Part shown: positions 10,730-18,823 of the stretch, one piece after another | Numbering within the stretch: position 1 is the first letter of the stretch | Layout: each line of letters opens with the position of its first letter | Notes under the pieces: generated by a model | What the model saw: only the letters and a program-made list of their open reading frames with translations | Databases searched by the model: none | What the model was told of the DNA's origin: nothing | Made by a program: the position numbers and the translations under genes | Assembly: GCA_045536565.1 (NCBI GenBank) | Contig: JAZSNU010000017.1 | Location: forward strand, 1 to 64,000 | Direction: 5' to 3' | DNA length: 64,000 nucleotides | From: Clostridia bacterium | Lineage (GTDB): Bacteria; Bacillota; Clostridia; TANB77; CAG-465

Positions 10730-13150
10730 ATGTATGAATTTACAGAAAGAGCAGCAGCTTCATTAGAGTATGCTAAAAAGTTTGCAATAGATAATAATTA
10801 TAGCTATATAGGAACAGAACATATATTGTATGGATTAGTTAAAGAAGGAGAAGGATTAGCTGCTAAAATATTATTAAAACAAGGTGTAACAATAGATTAT
10901 ATACAGCAAGAAATACTTAGAATTGATGGTGTAATGACTACAAAAGAAATTGAGGAACCAGACTTAACTCCAAGGGCTAAAAGAATAGTGGAAAACAGTA
11001 TTAGAGAATCTAAAAGAATGAATCATAATTACATAGGAACTGAACATATACTTTTAGCGCTTATGAGAGAAATAGACAGCGTTGCAGTAAGGATATTAAT
11101 AGAAGCTAATGTAGACCCACAAAAATTATTTGCAGAGTTATTAAAATTAATAAGCGAAGATAGTCCTATTAATTCATTTAACTCAGAACAAAAAGATATT
11201 ACAACACCAACTCTTAATCAATATTCAAAAGATTTGACAGAAATGGCAAAAGAAAATAAATTAGATCCGGTTATTGGTAGAGAAGATGAGGTAGAAAGAA
11301 TAGTTGAAATATTAAGCAGAAGAACAAAAAATAACCCTGTATTAATTGGCGAGCCAGGAGTTGGGAAAACAGCAGTTGTAGAGGGCTTAGCTACTTGTAT
11401 TACAGAGGGAAAAGTTCCAGAGGTGTTAAAAAATAAAAGACTTGTATCACTAGATATGTCTTCTATGATAGCAGGAGCAAAATATAGAGGAGATTTTGAA
11501 GAAAGACTTAAAAAATGCTTAGCAGAAATAAAGAAAAATGGAAATATAGTCTTATTCATAGACGAGCTTCACACTATAATAGGTGCAGGCTCAGCAGAAG
11601 GGGCAATGGATGCGGCAAACATATTAAAACCTTTACTTTCAAGAGGAGAAGTACAAATAATTGGTGCAACTACATTAAATGAATATAGAAAGCATATAGA
11701 AAAAGATAGTGCATTAGAAAGAAGATTTCAACCTGTAACTGTTCCAGAACCAAGTCCAGAAGATACCATACTTATACTTAAAGGTTTAAGGGATAAATAT
11801 GAGGCGCATCATAAAGTAAAAATAACAGATGAGGCAATAAACTCAGCTGTAAAATTAAGCACTAGATACATAAACGATAGATATCTTCCAGATAAAGCAA
11901 TAGATTTAATAGATGAGGCATGCTCTAAGGTTAAACTTAAAAATATAACTGAGCCAGATAGTATAAGTAAACTAGAAAAGCAAATAGAAAAGCTAAGCAA
12001 AGAAAAAGAGGAAGCAGTTATATCACAAGATTTTGAAAAAGCAGCAAAGGTAAGAGATGAAGAAAAGAAAGTAAAAGATAAATTAGATAAGGAAAGAAAA
12101 AAATGGGAAGAAAAAACAAAAGCAGATAAACCTGAGGTAACAGAAGAAGATGTTTGCATAGTTATTGCAAGAAGTATAAAAGTGCCTGTAACAAAACTTA
12201 CTGAAACAGAAGGAGAAAACTTAAAGAATTTAGATAAAATATTAAAAAATAGAGTAATAGGTCAAGATGAAGCAGTAGAGTCTTTATCAAGAGCAATAAA
12301 AAGAGGAAGAGTAGGATTAAAAGATCCAAAAAGGCCAATAGGTTCATTTATGCTTTTAGGTCCAACTGGTGTTGGTAAAACGGAACTTACAAAGGCTTTA
12401 TCAGAAGCACTGTTTAGTGATGAAAATGCTATGATAAGACTTGATATGTCTGAATATATGGAGCCACATAGTGTATCTAAACTTATAGGGTCACCACCTG
12501 GATATGTAGGATATGAAGATGGTGGTCAATTAACAGAAAAAGTTAGAAGAAAACCATATAGTATAGTACTATTTGATGAAATAGAAAAAGCACATCCTGA
12601 TGTATTTAACATGCTACTTCAAATATTAGAAGATGGAAGATTAACAGACTCAAATGGTAGAGTTGTAAACTTTAAAAATACCGTTATTATAATGACATCT
12701 AATGCAGGTATCAAAAATATATCTGAGAAAAAACATATTGGATTTGTTTCAAAAGCAGATAAAGAAAAAGACTATGAGGAGATTAAAGAGGAGGTAAATT
12801 CAGAGCTTAAAAAGATATTTAGACCAGAGTTTTTAAATAGGTTAGATGAAATAATAGTGTTTAGAAAACTAGACAGCGAAAGTATAGAAAAGATTACTAA
12901 ACTTATGCTTGAAGAATTTGCAAAAAGAGTAAAAGAGCAAGATATACATATCGAATTTACTGATGAACTTGTAAAACACATAAGTAAAGTGGGATTTGAT
13001 GAAGTATACGGTGCAAGACCTTTAAGACGTGCAATACAAAGAGAAATAGAAGATAAATTTGCAGAAGCAATGTTAGACAGTAAGGTAAAAACAGGAGATA
13101 AAGTAAAGATAAATTATATAAATGATAAAATTATAATTAATAATATATAA
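10730..13150 (+). CDS. clpC: ATP-dependent Clp protease ATP-binding subunit
   Basis: Clp N repeats (GTEHIL x2), two Walker A motifs (GEPGVGKT, GPTGVGKT), UVR middle domain, IGF loop. Confidence 0.96.
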   Translation: MYEFTERAAASLEYAKKFAIDNNYSYIGTEHILYGLVKEGEGLAAKILLKQGVTIDYIQQEILRIDGVMTTKEIEEPDLTPRAKRIVENSIRESKRMNHNYIGTEHILLALMREIDSVAVRILIEANVDPQKLFAELLKLISEDSPINSFNSEQKDITTPTLNQYSKDLTEMAKENKLDPVIGREDEVERIVEILSRRTKNNPVLIGEPGVGKTAVVEGLATCITEGKVPEVLKNKRLVSLDMSSMIAGAKYRGDFEERLKKCLAEIKKNGNIVLFIDELHTIIGAGSAEGAMDAANILKPLLSRGEVQIIGATTLNEYRKHIEKDSALERRFQPVTVPEPSPEDTILILKGLRDKYEAHHKVKITDEAINSAVKLSTRYINDRYLPDKAIDLIDEACSKVKLKNITEPDSISKLEKQIEKLSKEKEEAVISQDFEKAAKVRDEEKKVKDKLDKERKKWEEKTKADKPEVTEEDVCIVIARSIKVPVTKLTETEGENLKNLDKILKNRVIGQDEAVESLSRAIKRGRVGLKDPKRPIGSFMLLGPTGVGKTELTKALSEALFSDENAMIRLDMSEYMEPHSVSKLIGSPPGYVGYEDGGQLTEKVRRKPYSIVLFDEIEKAHPDVFNMLLQILEDGRLTDSNGRVVNFKNTVIIMTSNAGIKNISEKKHIGFVSKADKEKDYEEIKEEVNSELKKIFRPEFLNRLDEIIVFRKLDSESIEKITKLMLEEFAKRVKEQDIHIEFTDELVKHISKVGFDEVYGARPLRRAIQREIEDKFAEAMLDSKVKTGDKVKINYINDKIIINNI

Positions 13151-13154
13151 AATT

Positions 13155-13189
13155 AAGGACTATATAGTATATTACTGTATAGTCTTTTT
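13155..13189 (+). terminator. Rho-independent terminator after clpC
   Basis: AAGGACTATATAGTA / TACTGTATAGTCTTT hairpin + T-run. Confidence 0.8.
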
Positions 13190-13193
13190 GCTG

Positions 13194-13222
13194 TTGACAT
13201 AAAAACATGAATGTGCTATAAT
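13194..13222 (+). promoter_or_regulatory. Consensus sigma-A promoter
   Basis: TTGACA-17-TATAAT with TGn extension. Confidence 0.8.
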
Positions 13223-13273
13223 TTATTTGTGGCTATATTAGTATTCAATATATAATTATTAAGGAGGATTTTT

Positions 13274-13733
13274 ATGTTATACCCTATTTTAATCTTACTC
13301 ATTTTTTGTATTTGCATTTTTTAATTGGGCTGGAGGCGAAGATTTTTTTGCTGTTTTGTGCACTATAACCTTAGTAGTAGTTATTTTTTGGTCGTTTATA
13401 GGCGGCTATAAAACTATTACTCAACCAATTTACGAAGAACGGATAATAGAAAATGTTCAAATCCCGGAATTAGAAACTAAGAAAAATGAATCAGGAAAAT
13501 ATGATATTGTATATGTCAATAAGGACAAAAAAGAAGTATATATTGATAATAAAGCATATGAAAAGGGAATTGTAACTGTATGTAATAGTAAACAACTAAA
13601 ATTTGAAGTATATAAATGTGTGCCTAGAAATACATTTTTAACTTCTGTAAATCTTTTCTTTAACAAAAAAATCATATATAAGGTATATGTTCCAAAAGAT
13701 TATACAATAATAACACAACTTAAAATGAAGTAA
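13274..13733 (+). pseudogene. Small membrane-anchored hypothetical protein split by a frameshift near a T-run
   Basis: AAGGAGG + ATG 13274 gives MLYPILILLIFCICIF then TAA; removing one T from T6 (13317-13322) continues NWAGGEDFFAVLCTITL into ORF 13356-13733, which has no RBS of its own. Confidence 0.65.
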
Positions 13734-13747
13734 CTTATTAATTAGCC

Positions 13748-13787
13748 AAAATAAAACTCATAATTAAAATTATGGGTTTTATTTTTT
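13748..13787 (+). terminator. Rho-independent terminator
   Basis: AAAATAAAACTCATAAT / ATTATGGGTTTTATTTT hairpin + T-run. Confidence 0.7.
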
Positions 13788-13851
13788 AAATTTATGAGAC
13801 TAATATTTGAATGGCAATTAGCAATATATCATATTATATTAGATAAAACAA

Positions 13852-13880
13852 TTTACAATTTACATAACTTATGATATAAT
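13852..13880 (+). promoter_or_regulatory. sigma-A promoter of paralog array
   Basis: TTTACA-17-TATAAT with TG extension; spacer contains TTTACATAA. Confidence 0.65.
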
Positions 13881-13934
13881 ATACGCAAATTATTTATTTA
13901 ATTAATCTATTAATATAGAAAGGGGTATATAAAT

Positions 13935-14753
13935 ATGAAATTTAAATTAACAAAAATAATTGAGGCAGAGGAGTGTACATACGAGTTTTTAAAAGACGGA
14001 AAACACTTAGCAAATCATGTATGGGCAATTGCAAAATATAAAGATGGAACATGTGCAATAGTTCATAAACTAACCAATGAGATAGCAAAAGAATTCAAAG
14101 AAAAACAAAAAATATATGACAATACTTGGCTTTTAACTCTTTTAGATGACACACAATGCATAATGTATTATACAGAAGACGAGATTAAGGTTTCAAAACC
14201 ATTTTTAAGCCTAATATATGTATTTGAAAGATTTGTTTTAATTGAAAATATGGAAGGTAAAAGAAAATTATTACACAGATATTCTGTTAATGCTTTTTCA
14301 AAAGAATTTGACTGGTTTTCTGGAACAACTGAGAATTATAAAATACTAAATGTTCACGAAGGTATTCGTGGTTTAACAATTATAAAAAAACAAGGGCTAG
14401 AAGTGTTAAATTTTGAATTTGACGATTATATCTTCGACGCGAATATAAGAGATGGCGTTATTGTTCGTATTGGTAATGAAGATTGCTTCGTTAGGATATC
14501 AGATTTTAAAACATCTATGCGTTATCCCGACATTTCACCATATAATGAGCATAGAAAACCCATTAATTTTTCATATTATGTTGTTATAACAAGAGTGAAT
14601 CAAAGAAAAGCACTACTAAGAGTAGAAGATTTTAGAATATCTGATGAATTTGATGACATCAAGTCTATTAATCATGAGTACGCTTTGGTAACAACTAATG
14701 GTAAAGAAGAAATATTAAGACTGTCTGACTATAAAATGGCAAAGTTTGATTAA
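13935..14753 (+). CDS. Hypothetical beta-repeat protein, paralog 1
   Basis: 272 aa; clear similarity to the next two ORFs; internal repeats of the type LR.xDF.xS..FDDI. Confidence 0.8.
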   Translation: MKFKLTKIIEAEECTYEFLKDGKHLANHVWAIAKYKDGTCAIVHKLTNEIAKEFKEKQKIYDNTWLLTLLDDTQCIMYYTEDEIKVSKPFLSLIYVFERFVLIENMEGKRKLLHRYSVNAFSKEFDWFSGTTENYKILNVHEGIRGLTIIKKQGLEVLNFEFDDYIFDANIRDGVIVRIGNEDCFVRISDFKTSMRYPDISPYNEHRKPINFSYYVVITRVNQRKALLRVEDFRISDEFDDIKSINHEYALVTTNGKEEILRLSDYKMAKFD

Positions 14754-14780
14754 TTTATTATTACAAAAAGGAGTAAGGCT

Positions 14781-15581
14781 ATGGAAGTAAAATTAACAAA
14801 AATAATTGAAGCAGAAGATTGTACACATGAATTTTTAAGTAAAGAGAAGAAGGTAGTAAATCATTCATATGCAATTGTAAAGTATGAAGATGGGACTTAT
14901 GCAATAGTTCATAAAAGTGAGGTAATTCAAGAATTTAAAGAAAAATCAAAAATATATAACAATACTTGGCTTTTAACACTTTTAGATGATACACAGTGCA
15001 TAATGTATTATGATAAAGACAAAATTAAGACCTCAAAGCCATTTTTAAGGCTAATATATGTATTTGAGAGATTTGTTTTAATTGAGAATTTAGAAGGTAA
15101 AAGAAAATTGTTAGATAGAGATGTTCTTTCAAAAGAGCGTAGTTGGTTATATGGCTTAACAGATGAATATAAAATAATGCAATTACCAAATGGCAAGAAA
15201 ACTATTTTAAAGAAACAAGGACTTGAGGTATTGGATTTTGAATTTGATGATTATATATTTAGCAGACAGTTAACAAATGTTGTCATTGTTAGAGTCAATA
15301 ATAGGGATTGCCTTGTTAGAATATCAGATTTTAGGACGTCTTTGCGTTATCTTGATATTTCTCCATATAATACATCTAGAAAGCCTATTAATATTGTGGA
15401 TTATGTAATTTATGTATCGAATTCAGATGAGAGAAAAGCCTTACTAAGAGTAAAAGATTTTGAAATATCTGATAAATACGATGATATTAAGCCTATAAAT
15501 CATGAATACGCTTTGGTAACCATTAATGGTAAAGAAGACATACTTAGACTATCTGATTTCAGATTAGCAAAATTTGATTAA
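14781..15581 (+). CDS. Hypothetical beta-repeat protein, paralog 2
   Basis: Shares NTWLLTLLDDTQCIMYY, LIYVFERFVLIEN and INHEYALVT with paralog 1; AAGGAG RBS. Confidence 0.8.
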   Translation: MEVKLTKIIEAEDCTHEFLSKEKKVVNHSYAIVKYEDGTYAIVHKSEVIQEFKEKSKIYNNTWLLTLLDDTQCIMYYDKDKIKTSKPFLRLIYVFERFVLIENLEGKRKLLDRDVLSKERSWLYGLTDEYKIMQLPNGKKTILKKQGLEVLDFEFDDYIFSRQLTNVVIVRVNNRDCLVRISDFRTSLRYLDISPYNTSRKPINIVDYVIYVSNSDERKALLRVKDFEISDKYDDIKPINHEYALVTINGKEDILRLSDFRLAKFD

Positions 15582-15608
15582 TTTATTATTACTGGAAGGA
15601 GTAAAACT

Positions 15609-16421
15609 ATGGAAGTAAAATTAATAAGAAAAGTTGAAGCTGAAGATTGTACTTGGGAGTTCTTAAAAAAAAGCGAAGAAGTATTCAAAAGTGCATTTGC
15701 ACTAGTAAAAATAGATGAGGGTAGTTATGCTGTTGTGGACAGAGCAACGCACGAGGCGATAGTAGAGTTTAAGTATAGAAGAAAGATATATAATCATACT
15801 TGGTTAATAACATTTGAAGATGATACCAAATGCTTAATGTGTTTTTCAGAGAGCGGTATTCGTTTTTCAGAACCATTTTTAAGAACAGTAAAGACTTTTA
15901 AAGATTATCTATTGGTTGAAAAAAACAAAGATGAAAGAAAAATTATTGCACTAAAAGATATCTCGTCTATGGTAGATTGGTTCCCTGAATTTGGTTTTAA
16001 TAATTATGTTGTATTAAAATTGGCAAATCACTATTATACTATTCTCAAAAAAGATGGTTTAGAAGTACCATTTATTGAGTTTGATTCTGCTAGTACATAT
16101 AAGTATGACAATCATGTTATTATAAGAGATGGTAGCTGGGAATCAGTAGTAAGAGTATCAGATTTTCACAAATCAGAAACATTTCGAGAAGTATCACCAT
16201 ATATACCATATAAAGACGATTGTTGCTGCCGTGAATATGTAATTGTTACACATGGTACTTTAAGAAAAGCTATAATGCGTTTGTCAAATTTTGAGATTTC
16301 TAAGGCATATAATGATATAATTCCAATAAGTAATGAATTTGCGTTGGGAATTAGTAAAGATGGACAAGAAGTAATAAGATTATCTGATTTTCAAATAGCA
16401 AAGTTTGACCAGAAGAATTAA
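15609..16421 (+). CDS. Hypothetical beta-repeat protein, paralog 3 (more diverged)
   Basis: MEVKL..EAEDCT start, TWLITF, RVSDF, RLSDFQIAKFD end. Confidence 0.8.
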   Translation: MEVKLIRKVEAEDCTWEFLKKSEEVFKSAFALVKIDEGSYAVVDRATHEAIVEFKYRRKIYNHTWLITFEDDTKCLMCFSESGIRFSEPFLRTVKTFKDYLLVEKNKDERKIIALKDISSMVDWFPEFGFNNYVVLKLANHYYTILKKDGLEVPFIEFDSASTYKYDNHVIIRDGSWESVVRVSDFHKSETFREVSPYIPYKDDCCCREYVIVTHGTLRKAIMRLSNFEISKAYNDIIPISNEFALGISKDGQEVIRLSDFQIAKFDQKN

Positions 16422-16443
16422 AAGCTATAAGGAGGTAAAAGCT

Positions 16444-16757
16444 ATGAAAATAAAAGTAACCAAAGAAGTTAGGAGATTGAATATTAATGATAACGATGAT
16501 ATCTCAAAATCAACGCAAAAATTATCTGACCCGTTTTCAAAGGATATAAAAGTATTTGAAGATTATGTATTAATTGGATGTGAAGATGGAAAAATAGATG
16601 TTGTTGAACGGGAAATATGAGACCTGTTAATTATACTATGTTTGAAGCACTATATTCACATTTTAGATTACCAAATGGTAAATTTTCATTTGTTAATATG
16701 AATAATCTGAAAGTATCAAAGGATGAAATCGAACTTAAAAATGAAGATTTTATCTAA
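16444..16757 (+). pseudogene. Degenerate fourth paralog (internally deleted and frameshifted)
   Basis: AAGGAGG + ATG 16444 MKIKVTK...SDPFSKDIKVFEDYVLI matches the SEPFLRTVKTFKDYLLV segment of paralog 3; a second frame 16617-16757 contains RLPNGK, like QLPNGK in paralog 2. Confidence 0.55.
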
Positions 16758-16760
16758 GTT

Positions 16761-16790
16761 ATATAGCAGTGCAAAAATGCACTGCTATAT
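16761..16790 (+). terminator. Perfect 13-bp hairpin closing the paralog array
   Basis: ATATAGCAGTGCA-AAAA-TGCACTGCTATAT then ATTTT. Confidence 0.7.
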
Positions 16791-16846
16791 ATTTTGTCTA
16801 AATAGTAGAATTTGCAGAAAAATTTACATAAAATTACCAAAAAGAC

Positions 16847-16875
16847 TTGCAAATATGTTTTTAAAGTAGTATAAT
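16847..16875 (+). promoter_or_regulatory. sigma-A promoter of rimP-nusA-infB operon
   Basis: TTGCAA-17-TATAAT. Confidence 0.7.
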
Positions 16876-16897
16876 TTAAATATCAATAAAGTAACGC

Positions 16898-16927
16898 TAG
16901 AAGTGAGAGGGAAACCTCTCACTTCTA
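16898..16927 (+). promoter_or_regulatory. rimP leader hairpin with GNRA tetraloop
   Basis: TAGAAGTGAGAGG-GAAA-CCTCTCACTTCTA, perfect 13-bp stem between promoter and rimP RBS. Confidence 0.7.
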
Positions 16928-16975
16928 AGTATATATGATAAAAATTATAATATATTAGAAAAGGAGGGAAATAGA

Positions 16976-17443
16976 GTGTCCCAACTAACAGATAAGGTTG
17001 AAGCAGCTATAGATAATGTTGTAGCTTCATTAGGATTAGAACTAGAATATACTGAACTTGTAAAAGAAGGAGAAAACAATATATATAGAGTAGTTGTTGA
17101 TAAACCAAATGATAAAGTTTCAATAGAAGACTGTGAAACTTTAAGTAGAGCTATCGAAGATACAGTAGATAAACTTGTAAATGTAAAAGATGGGTATGTT
17201 TTAGAAGTGTCTTCTGCTGGCTTAGAAAGAAAACTTGTTAATTTAAAACTATATAACAAATATATAGGAAATGAAGTAAAATTGAAATTATTTAAAAAGA
17301 TTAACGATGTTAAAGAAATACAAGGAATTTTAAAAAATGTTAAAAACGATGTTGTTATTGTAAGTATTGATGATAATGATATCGAAGTAAATATAAAAGA
17401 AATTGCAGCAGGAAATACTGTATTTGATTTTGATAATATGTAA
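16976..17443 (+). CDS. rimP: Ribosome maturation factor RimP
   Basis: DCETLSRAI and YVLEVSSAGLERKL; precedes nusA. Confidence 0.93.
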   Translation: MSQLTDKVEAAIDNVVASLGLELEYTELVKEGENNIYRVVVDKPNDKVSIEDCETLSRAIEDTVDKLVNVKDGYVLEVSSAGLERKLVNLKLYNKYIGNEVKLKLFKKINDVKEIQGILKNVKNDVVIVSIDDNDIEVNIKEIAAGNTVFDFDNM

Positions 17444-17468
17444 GTAAAATTTTTGGAGGGATTAAAAA

Positions 17469-18539
17469 ATGAGAAGTGAAAAAGTAAATGCAAAAGAATT
17501 ATTACAAGCTTTAGATGAACTACAAACTGAGAAAGGAATAACAAAAGAGTACATGATAGAGTCTCTTAAAATGGCACTAGAAGCGGCATATAAGAAAAAT
17601 TATGAGACAAAGGAAGAAGTAAATGTTGATATTGATGAAGTTACAGGAAATATAAAAGTTTATGCTGTAAAAACAGTAGTTGAAAATGTAGAAGATCCAG
17701 ATTTAGAAATAAATTTAGAAAGTGCAAAAGAAATAAGTAAAAGAGCAAAAGTTGGAAAAACTATAAATATTGAAGTTACACCTAAAAACTTTGGAAGAAT
17801 AGCAGCATCAGCTGGTAAACAAATAATTATCCAAAGAGTAAGAGAAGCAGAAAAAGACTTAATACTTACTCAATATAGTGATAAACAAGGTGAAATTGTC
17901 GTAGGTGTTGTTCAAAGAACAGATAAAATGGGTATGATAGTAGACTTAGGAAGAGTTGAAGCTATGATTCCTACAAGAGAACTTGTACCATCTGAAATAT
18001 ATGAATCACATCAAAGAATTAAAGCATATGTTTTAAGTGTGGAAGATTCAGGTAAATTTGGACCACAAATAATATTATCTAGAAAATCACCTGATTTTGT
18101 TAAAAAATTATTTGAACTTGAAGTTCCTGAAATAGAAGAAGGGTTAGTAGAAGTTAAAGCAGTAGCAAGAGAAGCTGGATATAGAACAAAAATAGCAGTA
18201 GCATCAAACGATGAAAATATTGACCCAGTAGGAGCATGTATTGGTAAAAAAGGTGTTAGAAAAGATGCTATATCAAAAGAATTAAATGGTGAAAAAATAG
18301 ATATTATACCATATACTGATGATGTACCAAGCTTTATAGTAAATAGCTTATCACCAGCAGAAATTCTTGCAATAGATATAAATGAAGAAGAAAATATTGC
18401 TACAATAGTTGTTCCAGATGATAAATTTGCACTCGCAATCGGTGCAAGAGGTCAAAATGTTAAACTTGCAGCAATATTAACAGGTTGGAAAATAGATATT
18501 AAGAAAAGATCAGATATAGAAAATCAAATAGTAGAATAA
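17469..18539 (+). CDS. nusA: Transcription termination/antitermination factor NusA
   Basis: FGRIAA, LFELEVPEI, AREAGYRTKIAV, DPVGACIG, AIGARGQNVKLA. Confidence 0.97.
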   Translation: MRSEKVNAKELLQALDELQTEKGITKEYMIESLKMALEAAYKKNYETKEEVNVDIDEVTGNIKVYAVKTVVENVEDPDLEINLESAKEISKRAKVGKTINIEVTPKNFGRIAASAGKQIIIQRVREAEKDLILTQYSDKQGEIVVGVVQRTDKMGMIVDLGRVEAMIPTRELVPSEIYESHQRIKAYVLSVEDSGKFGPQIILSRKSPDFVKKLFELEVPEIEEGLVEVKAVAREAGYRTKIAVASNDENIDPVGACIGKKGVRKDAISKELNGEKIDIIPYTDDVPSFIVNSLSPAEILAIDINEEENIATIVVPDDKFALAIGARGQNVKLAAILTGWKIDIKKRSDIENQIVE

Positions 18540-18570
18540 AAACATTTCATTTTAGGAGGGATGTTACTAA

Positions 18571-18822
18571 ATGAAATTTACAAGAACTTGCATTGCTTGT
18601 AGAAAAAAAGATAATAAATATAACTTAGTAAGAATAATATCTTTAAATGGTAATGCAAAAATAGATAAAGATGGAAAAGAAAATGCAAGAGGTATATACA
18701 TTTGCAATAACAAAGAATGTATAAAAAAACTTCTTAAAATGAAAAATATAAATAAGGTAATTAAAAATGATATTAAGTCAGAAAGTCTGAAATCATTACT
18801 TAGTGAAATGGAGGATATGTAA
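18571..18822 (+). CDS. ylxR: YlxR (DUF448) RNA-binding protein
   Basis: RTCIACR...LVRI...RGIYIC motif; position after nusA. Confidence 0.88.
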   Translation: MKFTRTCIACRKKDNKYNLVRIISLNGNAKIDKDGKENARGIYICNNKECIKKLLKMKNINKVIKNDIKSESLKSLLSEMEDM

Positions 18823-18823
18823 A

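Noticed and set aside
16405-16443. TTG start for the 71-aa ORF given in the track
   Set aside because: AAGGAGG places the start at ATG 16444. Similar RBS-based start corrections were made for infB, rbfA, Rpn, spoIIIAB/AC, the TA pair and several orphans
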